The position numbers and the translations under genes are program-made. A model generated the notes under the pieces. That model was given only the letters and a program-made list of their open reading frames with translations, did no database searches and was not told the DNA's origin. A DNA stretch of 64,000 nucleotides from Antedon mediterranea (taxonomy: Eukaryota; Animalia; Echinodermata): contig NC_092670.1 in NCBI RefSeq assembly GCF_964355755.1, positions 11,890,795 through 11,954,794 of the forward strand, read 5' to 3'. This document shows positions 28,369 through 41,100 of this stretch, one piece after another. Each line of letters opens with the position of its first letter. Position 1 is the first letter of the stretch.

Positions 28369-31300
28369 ATGGACGACACAATGTAAGTGTATATTACAAT
28401 GATACTGTTATATTTTTCATTTCGTTTTAATGTGACACACTAACTGTGTTCCAAACGCAGTGGTAGATTAAGAGGAACTTAAATAATGTTAGTTGTAAAC
28501 AAATTGGCCAATTAAAAGGTGTAATAAAATACTGACTATTGTAATGGTTCGGGTCGGGCTAGCGTTTTGCAATAAACAGTTCTTCAATAGGAGATCCTCT
28601 ATAAACATTAGTATTCTTTATTCAAATTAAGATCCGAGTGAAACATTAAAATGTAGAAATGTCAAATTTTTTAAATTAAAATAAAATTCATACAAAACTA
28701 AACTATAAAATTGACATTAAAACAGACAAGAAATATTACAATAGCAAAAAAATGTTAGATTTACAAAAGACACACATTCAGTGGTCCACTCGCCATGAGT
28801 TAGGGAATTAAGGGAATCGAGTGCAATGTCACTCTTTCCTGGTTTACCCTAATATGGATGAACCAAGGCTGATGGTTATCGTGGTATCCGAAAACTATCC
28901 CTATAATTATCCCTAGGAATACTCCGACCCCTCCCCGTAATGTTAGTGTTCTTGAGTGGTACTCTAGTTGTCGTTAGGGTTGGTTAAGCGTGGTTCCCAC
29001 CAGCGACGCAACGCAAGGACGTAACGCAACGCAAGTGAATTGACCAATCACAAGCGATGGCTTATTCGCTTGTGATGGCTAACTGTCTATAACTTCGCTT
29101 GTCATTGGTTAAAACGCTTGCGTTGCGTTTACGTCCTTGCGTTACGTTCTAGTGGGAACCAAGCTGGGGTGACATTAGACAGGTATTGTACACGTTGTCC
29201 AATATATATCAAATTGCAATACATTATAACTCTCATAGCATTATATTTACAAATTAATGAATCTGATTCCTAGAAATGTCTTCATTAATCATGATAAACA
29301 GTGTATCTTTTTGGCCTACGTCACGGATGTTTAGGAATACTTAAACCTGTAATTAATGGCGAAAATGTGATATTCTAAAAAAAAAACTATTGTTGTAATT
29401 TGATTTAATGTAAAACTGTAATAACACATCATAGGCCTACCTAATTCGGGATATAGGTTGCATTCGGGACAATGATATATGGACAATCTTTCCGATTGTA
29501 TCCGGAGTTGAAGGATACAAGAATGTATCTTCGAAGCCAACACTTCCACTTTCGACTTACCTTATAGAAACCCGGAAAAGCCACGACGACACATGATAGG
29601 CCTACACATGCTACGGTATAATGCATTACCACGGGGACCCCACACTGAGACATTCATATCAATATGTTAAAATGTAGTTTCGAAAAAAACAGTGCAATAT
29701 CATAACCAACAACAACAAATCGTTAAAAATAGTATAAAAGTGAAATAAAGCTTTTAGTCATTTAGATGTTTACGATTAAAAAAACAAAGTGATCCACCAA
29801 TCAACGTGTATGTATGTAATTAATAGTCAAATTAGATAACACGCTTGGAATTGTTTGGAGCATGTCTTTGAGATACTGCACACTTTTTTCACCATTCATT
29901 TTAAAAACCGAAACATATCGCTTTAAGAGTTTCGATTACCAATAAAGATAGTATATAAAGTCCTGCTACCTGTAAAATGTTTCACTTGCGGTTGACCACA
30001 CCAACATTAAAAGTTTTATCCCAAGAATTTGTTGTCATTTTTTACAAAGACGTTTGATGGATTGGAAGGCGTCTGAAAGCGACTCTATCGGAGAATACTC
30101 TTGTTCCGACGGTGTCGAATCGCCTGTAAGCAGTGTGTTTATGAGCCGTCCGTATTTGTCGAAGGATGTCAACAATCCAAAGAAGCAGGTTAAACGATCG
30201 GTTGAGCATCGTTATAAGAGAAAGACATCCACCTATCTTATATTGATAGCGTTCATAATACTTGTGGTGTGTATTACTGTATTTATATTGGAAGGTAAAT
30301 ATAGATATTATTGATATTATATGATTTGTGCATGCCGGTGCTATATAGTACGGTAGGGGCCTAGTCGAGTCGAGAGGCCGAGCGATTATGGCAGGGGCGC
30401 GGCAAACCGTAAGAAATCATAGTAGGCACAGGTTCAATGGTCCACTCGATCGTAACAGTAGTAGTTATGATGAAAAAGTCTTTTCAGATAAGGCCTTTTA
30501 AAAAAAAATGGAGGCCCAGTATCTATATATCTGGTCATATACAGTACTCTAAGCCCCGCCCCCCTACCCCATTGTGTACATATTACCCCGGTGTATTGTT
30601 TCATCTCATCCTCTGTCGTTCATGGTAGACGCTGCGACTGAAGTCAAGATTCCAACAGGAAAATATATTCTACATTATGTCTCCACGATCGGGGAATGAC
30701 ACGCATTGCGTCGCGGGGGTTGGAAAGTTGCATCGATAGCTATTGCCGGCTAACCCGATCCTTCCTTCTGTTACATAATTAATTAATTGTTTATTTACAG
30801 TGTATTTTTTGCTTTGATTTCAGTTGTTCTAAAATTCGACATCTTATCGATGGCACCAAAGACAGATGATGCAAATACGGAGAAATTTTCATCAGGTAAA
30901 ATTGACCGATGGCTTATAAAAGACGTCGCTTGCCATTTGACAAATGTTCTTCTTCCTTTAAACTTTGATTCCTAGTGGGAACGAATCGTTTCAAAAGCCT
31001 CTAAATTAAGACCACTTGAATCATACAAATAGAAACACCATAGCAAATAAATAACAAACAGACCACTTAGACTTGGTCCCAACTTGAGACACAGCACAAT
31101 GACGTAACAACGCAGCGTAAGTGATTTAACCAATCACAGGCGATATATTACCGTCGCTTGGAATTTTGTTAACTCGCTTGCGTTGCGTCTTGTTCCCTGC
31201 GTTGCCTTTATTGGGAACCAAGCTTTAATCATGGAGATCATTTGAATAATAGAACCACCACAAACACATTTCACATAAGACAACTTGTTCACGACTAACT

Positions 31301-33001
31301 CACTACATTATTGATGACAATCCTGAATTGGTGTATCTATACATTTTTACAGACACATTAACAACAACATTAAACAAAATTGCTGCAAAACAAGGTGTAC
31401 CAACATCATCACCACCCATAACCAAACAAGTGGAGATAGTGGTTACATCGGTATCATTGTTAACCAACTATTACACGATTCTAACAGGCGTGAAACACTG
31501 TAAAGGATGGACGTGTAAAAACGGTAATTGCATTGCCCACGAAGCTTTCTGTGACACCGTTGATAACTGTGGCGACAACAGCGATGAGCGTGGATGTGGT
31601 AAGTTTCTCTAATGTGACCCAAAGAAAATCCTTCGTTTGTAATTGGTGGTATAATTGCACGCGCGCGTCAGAGTTACGTCCAATGAGGAGTCAAATGAAT
31701 CACACATTGCTCATGGTTCCGGTATATATGAATTCCGTGAGATTTTAGTGCTCAAATTGTGTTCTTTTTTTAGCAGATTTTGAATCAAATTAGGGTAATG
31801 TTTCGACCCAATGTTTGCCTCTATAGTCTTTCTGGAAGTTGCACATTACTTCAAAAGTATGAATACGCATGCGCATAAACCAACACTTTAGATTCGACAA
31901 GAGTCTAGATAATATAATATAGGCCTAGTATAGTAGTAGGGACACAAACTATTTCTCATCTATTGTGTTCAGTTGCTAAATATGATGAATTTTATTAATG
32001 AAAAAACATATTGTATTGACAGACTACAATACCGTTACACAGTCAACGCCTCCAAATATAATTAGGGAAAAACAAGTTGTGACAACGGCTGCCTCTTCGT
32101 TGATAACAAAGTTAAAGAAACACACAGGAGCAGCATTGCAGTGTAACGTTATGAACGAGTACAAATGCAAAAATGGTAATTGCGTCTCCAACGAGGTGCT
32201 ATGCGATTCGGTGGATAACTGCGGTGATCACAGTGACGAATACTTATGCGGTAAGTTAGGCTTGGATCCCACTAGAGACACAACGCAAGGACGTCGACGC
32301 ACAGGTAGTGTTGATCAATGACGACATAATCCATCGCCTGGAATTGGTCAAATCACTTGCGCTGCGTCACGTCCTTGTGTTGCCTCTCTAGTTGGAACAT
32401 TATGTGCTTTGTTTCCAAGGACGTAAGCGATAGATCATCATCCATTACCTCGTGATCTGTCAAACTTGCGTTGCGCTTACGTTCTTGCGTTTCGTCCTGT
32501 GGAAACCATGGCTTATACTGTTAACGTAAAAAACGGTAAGCTTGGTTCCCACTAGAACGTAACGCAAGGACGTAAACGCAACGCAAGCGTTTTAACCAAT
32601 GACAAGCGAAGTTATAGACAGTTAGCAATCACAAGCGAATAAGTCATCGCTTGTGATTGGTCAATTCATTTGCGTTGCGTTACGTCCTTGCGTTGCGTCG
32701 CTAGTGGGAACCACGCTTAACTAACTGATCAGTAACAAGACGGGTAATTCGAACTTAAATGCGCATAAGTACGCAGGGCAGTGTAATGATGAGTACGGTA
32801 CACCGTTGAGGATATGGCCGGCAAAATACAGTGTATGAGGTTTATTGAATAGTAATCTGGCTTGTTTTACCTACAGACTGTGGAGATGAAGGAACGGCGT
32901 TTATATGCGACGACAACTACTGTGTTAATCGTGTGTGGGTGTGTGATGGACATGCAGACTGCTTTGAGGGCGAGGACGAGCATGATTGCCCAGCGATTTG
33001 A
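28369..33001 (+). CDS. Short type II membrane protein with 3 LDL-receptor class A domains, about 309 aa; paralog of the upstream gene
   Basis: Exons 28369-28382, 30050-30294, 30824-30895, 31353-31598, 32023-32250, 32877-33001 (TGA); 930 nt, phase-consistent (MDDT+AT|A gives IRLMDWK). The TM YLILIAFIILVVCITVFIL follows basic RYKRK. LDLa repeats CKNGNC...FCDTVDNCGDNSDERGC, CKNGNC...LCDSVDNCGDHSDEYLC and C...VCDGHADCFEGEDEHDC. Confidence 0.85.
28987..29165. mobile_element. MITE family A, young 179-bp palindromic copy
   Basis: TIR agc(g/t)tggttcccac...acgcaaggacgtaa. Near-identical (about 4 mismatches) reverse complement of 32539-32717. Confidence 0.9.
31068..31225. mobile_element. MITE family A, diverged copy
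   Basis: cttggtcccaact...accaatcacaggcga...cgcttgcgttgcgtc...tgggaaccaagct. Confidence 0.75.
32257..32717. mobile_element. Three adjacent MITE family A copies (32257-32402, 32406-32515, 32539-32717)
   Basis: The gcttgg.tcccactag...acgcaaggacgt / ttgcgttgcg...gggaacc motifs recur three times. The last copy is intact and flanked by TA. Confidence 0.85.
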
Positions 33002-35283
33002 AGTACAAACTTAATGTAGGCCTACGTTAAACCACAAGAAAATGCTCAGTAGTCTCTTCCACGATTCATCGGCCGGGAAAACCTACACAAGACAAAAAGT
33101 AGGGGCTATTATTGTAGAGAACATTTTAGGTGTACAGTACTGTAGTTGCAGCTATGATCATAGGCTATCGCTTTAATTGGTAAAAAGATAAACATCTTGG
33201 CACACATGGCGTTCCATACGTATACTTGAGCTGGAAAGATTAGAGACTTCGGGCAAGTAATACTGTATCTAAGATAAACGAGTGTGTAACCGTTCAACGG
33301 GCGCTAGATCGCTGTGTCTATGTTCGGGTGTATGTGTGTGAATATGTCTGAATGTGGTAATTCTCTTTTTTTTAAAGGCTGAGGAAATTGAAAAAATTAA
33401 GTAAAAATTGATAAAAGTTTAACTTTTGTATTCTCAGGAAGTAGACATTTATATATTGTGTAAGGCCTTTGCTAAGCATATGATTATTTCCTCTAATTGT
33501 TTGGACGATCATACTGCCTGTATATAATTAATGAAACGTATAGAATTTAATGTAACATTTGTATATTTAGCAGGAAGAAATAACATATCTGTATTTCTCG
33601 ATTTTTTTCTAATCGCCAGTCTTGTGATTGCCACTGGATCACCTATACTCTACTATAAGCTGACAACCATTTCCCTTTATGTAAACTTTAACCCATTTGT
33701 ACCTGATACGATCACATCGAAACTAATTATAAAAATATATAAAAATCGTTTTAAACTGGGTACAGTTTCAATAACCAAACTTTATTAAATACATTTTTTT
33801 TATTACCAACAGTTTTCTAAAAATAATATATACCCGGGTATTTACAATTTCTCATGATAAAGGTGTTTTTTTTTTTTACTTTTATTCAATAACAATAGAT
33901 TTTGTTTTAGTTTTACTCCCGTTCTGTTTTATTTTACCATGACAATCTACTGTATTTTGTTTTAACTTAAGAACGTTTTTAATTATAAAAAAAAGTTGAA
34001 ACGTATAATTTATTGCAAATATTCCCTTTAAAAGACTCTTTGAAATGTCTATATGTCACCCTATAGATGAATCATTAAGCTTACCATGAAAAACAATTAT
34101 GTAAAATAGCAAAGGTTCCTTGTTTTGGATCAAAACATGAACAGAATTTAATTTAACCGTACAAACGGTTATGTATCAAACACAGAAGCTAAACAAGTAG
34201 ATTCAATTTACACACCATACCGCCAACCTAAAATCTATATAGAAAACAAACAAAAATCTTAATAGTCGCGATACAATTAAAAATATCCTATACTAATGGA
34301 ATAAAATACATTATGTACAGTTAGTTAGTGAATACTGAATTAATGCTTAAACGGTAAAGATGGAAAAATCAATTTATCTTAACTAAAATTACAACAATTA
34401 ATATAATTTATTTTGCACTTTTTATCATAATTTACCATAAAACGTACATTTAAGACAAGGAATGACATGGTTTAATGTTTTTAAAGTGATATATATGTAT
34501 TATTTTCCAAAAAACGTCCAAAATTGCAGGGAAGGGGTCTTTAACAAACTGCTTTTGTCCGCCAGTGGTTTAACAGAAAACAATGGGTTAGGTTGATTAC
34601 AAAAGGAGGACGCCTAACACGATTATAATGTAAGTAAGTAAGTCCAGAACAAACAAGTATTTCATTGAATAATGCAGTTCGTTATTGTTAAATTGTAAAG
34701 TTCTTGGGTTAGAAAAAGTGCTTAAAATAAAAAATCATCTTAACTTTTTTTTAAGTCAATGAATTTACTTAAGTCAGTTTCAAAATAACGTATAAGCAAA
34801 TATTTTAACGCAAAATCTTTTTGGTTAAGATAAAAGAACAAAGTGATAAAATAAAGTCTCAGTTTTTCACTTAAGCACTTTTAAACTATTTTGACTGATA
34901 AATGCCAGCCCTGGAACCAAAACTGTTAAAACAGCTAATTACTAGCCTTCAATCCAAATTCTGTTGATGAGTTACGATAAATACGATTACAAAAATATTA
35001 TATTAATTGAATATTTCTTAATCACTTTGCTTTTAATTTATTTTTTTTATTTATTTTTTTTTTTATTCATACTCATCCAACAGCAAATTAATGTTTAGAG
35101 AACACAATTGAAATCTAGAATCTGTTACTTTTACCTAGACCAAAAACAAACTTTCAATAAAACAATAACATTCTGATTGATGATGTCCGCAACTATGTGC
35201 AAATAAGCTACACAACTTTCGTTTATCCAGCTATTAATATACACCCTGCGTTATTTATGTAGTATAATGTGCAAGCAATCTAA

Positions 35284-35415
35284 AGCTCTGTTTACACTAT
35301 CAAACTAGATGGACAAAAAAAAGTGTGGTGTGCCCAAACATTAGTAGTGATACGACATTATAGGCACATCACATTTTGTTTTGTTAAATAAAGTTTGATA
35401 GTATAGACAAATCTC
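35284..35415. mobile_element. MITE family B (Tourist/Harbinger-like)
   Basis: taa|agctctgtttacactatcaaact...aagtttgatagtatagaca; same family as 38701-38842. Confidence 0.8.
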
Positions 35416-35454
35416 AATAATATAATGTTGCTATTGATGTTCTCACATCACTCG

Positions 35455-35598
35455 TGACTTCTACTTGCACGCAAGGACGTAACTGCACCGCAAGTGATTT
35501 AGCCAATCGCGGCGCGATGGACCTGGACCATCCCAACTGTCGCTTGTGATTGGTCAAACGATGTGATACGTTGCATCCAAATAGGAACAATGAAGCTT
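35455..35598. mobile_element. MITE family A, diverged copy
   Basis: acgcaaggacgtaac...gcaagtgattt.gccaatc...tcgcttgtgattggtcaa...ggaacaatgaagctta. Confidence 0.65.
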
Positions 35599-36479
35599 AA
35601 AGTTTTGTAGGTATGGGTTCTAAGAAAAAAAAATCATGATTTCTAAAACCCTCTGGGATAAGAAAGCATATTAACGAACTAGAAACATTTCTACTACATT
35701 ATCAATTCATAAATTTATAAATTAATTAATTTGAAATTCAAGGTTTATTGATTAAATTTCTCGCAATCATGGTGTATTTTTAACTTGACGAAATGCTAAG
35801 TATAATTTCCTCGTTTGTTTGTTGTTTGCACGATGACGTCTAAACATTTCAAGTTATCGTACAGTTGGTAAATAGACTACCAATTTAAAAGAAAATCGAC
35901 ACACAAAAGTCATCTGTATGTTTAATACTGGCCAAAATATTTAATAGCGCGCCCTCTGTCGGTGTATTTCTGATTTTTGAATTTATTACATTCATTTTAA
36001 ATTTCTGAAAATCAAACAGAATCCCAATCATATTTTTTTAAGAATAGATATTCTTTAATACCTAGTGGAAATCCTAGTTGATGTGGTGTTTCTGTAAAAC
36101 CACAGTGTTTATATTTGAATAAAGTAATAAAAAAAAAAACAATAGGTATTGTGTTTCTAATTGCTTCCTTTACAACAACCTATTCACTGTTATTTAAATA
36201 TTTGGATGGCGAATAAACACTAAAGTATGGTTTTGCTGTATGCCTAAATGTCGTTCTAAAAAGGAATTAAAGTAATAACATTAAGATGTCTCCACCATTT
36301 GTTGTGCTATTACCGTGGTGCTCGAGAAGGACGGCAGCAACCAAATGCGTCGAGTCTATCTTTCAACATTACTTAAAACATACTTTATGTAACACAGTGA
36401 ATCTTGCATTACTAAACTATATTGCTTTATTCCTTAGACTTTTTCTCATGGGGTTTATGGAGTCTCAAAGTTGCATTAT

Positions 36480-36775
36480 GTTTAAGAGATATATTCTCGT
36501 TTACAAGAGATATATTCGCGTTTACAAGAGTTTGATTTGCGTTTACAAGAGATATATTCTCGTTTACAAGAGATATATTCTCGTTTACAAGAGATATATT
36601 CGCGTTTACAAGAGATATATTCGCGTTTACAAGAGATATATTCTCGTTTACAAGAGATATATTCTCGTTTACAAGAGATATATTCTCGTTTACAAGAGAT
36701 ATATTCTCGTTTACAAGAGATATATTCGCGTTTACAAGAGATATATTCGCGTTTACAAGAGTTTGATTTGCGTTT
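36480..36775. repeat. 21-bp minisatellite, about 14 copies
   Basis: (gtttacaagagatatattc[t/g]c)n with two variant units gtttacaagagtttgatttgc. It explains the repetitive ORFs on both strands. Confidence 0.95.
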
Positions 36776-38131
36776 TTAACTAATGTAGTCCTTTCTGTCA
36801 CAATGGGGAAATTTCAATTCAAGGTAATCATATTTTAGTATAAATTTTAAATCAATAAAAAATACATTTATTTTAATTATAATAGCTTTAAAATTAATGC
36901 TAAATTTGTATCAAATAATTAATTAATATCTACACAATAAAAAAACAGCAATTAAATTTGTAAATTTTAAAGAATGTACAAAAATTATACAACATATACT
37001 ATACTTCATAGGGCAATTGCGTAACCATTTCTCTACATCTAATGAGAAAACATAGTCAGATCCAGAGATGGCCGTGTCCGCTTTATCCAACATTTTAATA
37101 AGTTAAGGGCTTTTTACGAATCTGTATCTATGGAAGGACCCCATGCATGTCAGTCTCAGCTGTTTTGGGTCACCCTCATTTAATAATAAATAAAAATACC
37201 CTCTATTTAGCTTTCTCTTACATAAAACCCTGGATAAGTCTCTGCTTTTGTTATATCAAGCAAAGACTGATCCAGTTGGATCCAACTTTGAAATATAAAC
37301 ATTTTAACTACAGTAACTAATAAGTGAATAACTTATTACATTAAAACAAAATTTGTAAATGAAATAAACGTTGTCTAATAATATTTAGGAATGATGTATT
37401 GTAATGATGGAAAAAACACAGCCATGATTGGAATGAAAACATGGAATCTACTACCCTGGATGGAAAGAAAATCGTAAATACTTCAAAGGGCTTTCGGTTT
37501 AAAACAAATAAACACAGAATTTTGTAAAGTTGTAAGGACGACATACGTATATGCAACGTGGAACTGTTTATGCGAACGACTTGAAAGACTCTCTTTGTGT
37601 ACGTTTGTCCTGAGAATGTATTGGTAATGTGTTAATTCTCCGGTAACTTGTGTTTAAAACACTGATTTTACCTATAACAATTATTTATTTTGAGGAAATC
37701 CTCACCAGGTTGTGTGAGTGACATCAGACGTTTGATGTTCTCAGACCTCAAGACGTCACTCAGTGTCATGCCTGACAAAGTATTCCTGACAGAACCAGGT
37801 AGACATAACCTTTGAACCAAAAAAAAAAAATTGATCAAACTTTCCCACAACCAAATTTTACCATTAAAAAACCAATATTATTCTACCATACACAATCCTA
37901 TGTAAAGATGAATACTCAATTTTTTCCATACTCAACCATTTTATATTTTGTTTTTACGCTTGTTGTGGTTGACAAAACCCACAAATCTGTAAAAGTGAAA
38001 TTAGAAGAAATAAAGACAAAGGAACTCTTTTTAATGTATTGCTTTTATTGGACATGCATTGGGATTTTTAGTTTCATGAAAAAGAAAAATGAAAGTTAAA
38101 CTTTTAAACTTACCTTGTTATTTGAGTCCTG

Positions 38132-41100
38132 CTACCGTTGAATATCTGACGCACTTTTCATAAATACTGGATCGAGGCATGCCAACTTGGCGGAGATGAA
38201 AGCATGCATGCAATGAAGTAATTTTCTAAGATTTGGGCATTCTATTTCCTGAAGAAAAATTTATAACAATAGTTACATTATTAATCGTGCATAATAATAG
38301 AGTAAACAAGAAAAAAAGGTAGAAACAATAATATTAAGACATAATAATTATTCTAGGGACAGGTACAAGGAAATGATATTAAATAACATTTTGTTTAAAA
38401 GGCTAAAAAAAGAATAAACAACATGGGACCATTAATGTACAAGACATACTCATGAGATCTCGGGCCTGCAAGATCTCTAAGTAACTTGCCCATTTGGCCA
38501 GTCAACTGTTTACAGAAATTTCATACAAACAATAATCTTTATTTTGTTTATTTTATTTTGTTTGACAAATTACCAAGATTTTTTTTTTATCATTATGCAA
38601 ATTGGATAACCATATTCATTTATTCGAGTTCATTCACTATCCTTCTTAAAAGTGACAATGACAAAACATATACAAGATGCTGTATATAACCAAAGTCTTA
38701 AGCTCTGACTACACTATCAAACTAGTTTGACTACTAAAAAAGTGATGTGCCCAAATATGGTAGTAATATGACGTCATCATGTCCATATATGGGCACATCA
38801 CATTGTTTTTGTCACATAAAGTTTGATAGTGTAGACAAAGCTTTAAACAAGTTATTGGGTGTGGAGTTGTTTTTCTGCCATGAAAAAAAATCCTGACATA
38901 TTACAGGATTTGGATCCAGGACCCTTGGATCGGCAACCGAGCATCTTAACCACTAAGCCACAACTCCATTCCGTTGAATTTGGTTCAGTAAAGAAAACTG
39001 ATTTACTGGCCCTATACGACTATATTCATACCTGGACTTCAGTTGTACTTTTATTAGTAGCAACAAAATGCAGCTTGACTTTAGATGCCCCGTCATCTGA
39101 TGAACTTTTTAGTTGTGAAAATTTGTATGTCCACAGAGCAGCCTAAAAGAAAGAAAATTATAACTGCTGATCAATCTGAATAGAGTAGAAGACATAGTTT
39201 TGTGTTGTCTTTTTTGCTATATACTATTTGATAAATGCGTATATATAATAATAGGGAAGTTTTGCAACCTTACGAATACGATAACGAAAACGGATACGTC
39301 ACACATTTGTAAAAGTTTTGAGCTGATCCCCATTTCATATTCGTAAAGCCTATTCGTGTTGACGAATATCACCAGTCATATTCGTAACTACAAAACGAGT
39401 ATAGTTTTTGATCTATTTTGCACACGTTGCATTTGAATCAGGAATTATTCATGATTATAATATAATTATAGATTTATTGAAAGTAATTTACTAAAATACC
39501 AGGTCAATTTTGATAAATAGCAGTTTTTTAAAGTCCTCACTCGCTTTGATGTTACGCTTGGCCTAGGCAGCTAAGCACCAAGCAACACGTGCTTCGCTCA
39601 AATTTACCGCAGTCATATTTTGGACGACGCCCTCAATATTTCGTTGCCATGCGAAACAGATTTTTACTGGCTTACGAAAAACGAATACGTGTGCGTGACG
39701 TATCTGTTTTCGTTATCGTATTCGCAAGATTGCGAAAACTCCCTATTAATACAATGTACAATTTAAAAAGACATGAACTAAATTAAAGTTAAAAATAAAT
39801 GCACAATACTGAAGATCAACTAACCTTATTTTGGGCATCAAATAACGTAAAACCAGTTTCAAAGTCCAGCGTAAAACCGACTACTTTCCTTCTCCACGTA
39901 CAGCCATAAGTTTTGTTCTAGTAAATTAGAAAACAAACAAAGTTTAACAAAAAAATTGAAAATATATCCAACCAAGATGATGAACTTATAAAATATAACA
40001 GTGAATTCAGTCAATTTATTTTCTTCTACCTATTTAAAGCTCTATCTACACTATCAAACTTGACAAAATGTATGTGCCTATATATGTACATGATAATATT
40101 TGGGCACATCACACTTTTTTTTTGGTCAAATTAGTTTGATAGTGTAGACGGGGCTCAAGTGACACCTATCTAATTTTGGGCCTAGACCCTCTTTCTTGTG
40201 ACATACTCCATCCATCTACTTCCTAATAAATAAGATCTTGTGTTACCAGGGCATAAGTTTCATTAATTATTTAAAACACCTTCAGTGGCTGTAACCAATC
40301 ACACTAGGTAAATCCTTAGAGAACTTTTCAATATGGAAATCCTTAGGGACCATATTAAAACTATTCTACTGCAGTTACTGCTTGTTGGAGATGCTTTATC
40401 TGCCTAATCATTTTTTACATTGAAACAAACTAAAATAAGTTATAGCAGCAAGAAAATATAGTTACTGCAGTAATTGAAGTAGACATTTTGACATGATCCC
40501 TCCTCTATGTATAATTGTTGTGGTGGTTTGTTTGTTTGTAATATTTATTGCTATCCATAAAATACAAAATACAATACATTATAGCTTGAAATTAACAAAA
40601 TCATACAAAAACTATATAATTATACTGTTATGGAATAGCAGAGGATAACCCTTTAAGCTGGGAAGCTTGTTTCAGAAGGGGTCCTCGACTATTATTAAAC
40701 ATCTAAACATTTAAAAAAAACATGGAAAGATATAATTTAGTTATATAGTGAACTAGAGAGGAACGTACCCTAAGTCTAATAACAGCTGCGTGAGAAGCCT
40801 GGTGTATTGCACTATGCCACACTGCCATCTCTCTTCTTGTTTCCGTACTCATATAATGGCTATCCTCACCAGCTTCAATTCCAAAACAATATGGCCGCTC
40901 GTCAAGCAATTCTACATCCTATGGAAAACGAAGGAACATATTTTAAAGACTATTAATTAATATGTTTAATTGTATTTCAAATCGTGTACAAAGAACAAAA
41001 TACAACAAGGGGGGTTCAAATAGCATTGTTTTAATCTCAGAATTAATATAAAAATAATTGTGTATATTGAGACAAAAGCTACAATGTGTTACTCACTATG

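Noticed and set aside
36286-36801. ORFs with 7-aa periodicity (YKRYILV, LQEIYSR, NENISLV), resembling coiled-coil proteins
   Set aside because: They are translations of a 21-bp minisatellite that is open in several frames, with no supporting gene structure.
38132-38134. Stop-codon readthrough of the syntrophin TAG
   Set aside because: The context TAG CAG GAC does not match the CARYYA readthrough motif, and the in-frame spliced extension is short and unremarkable.
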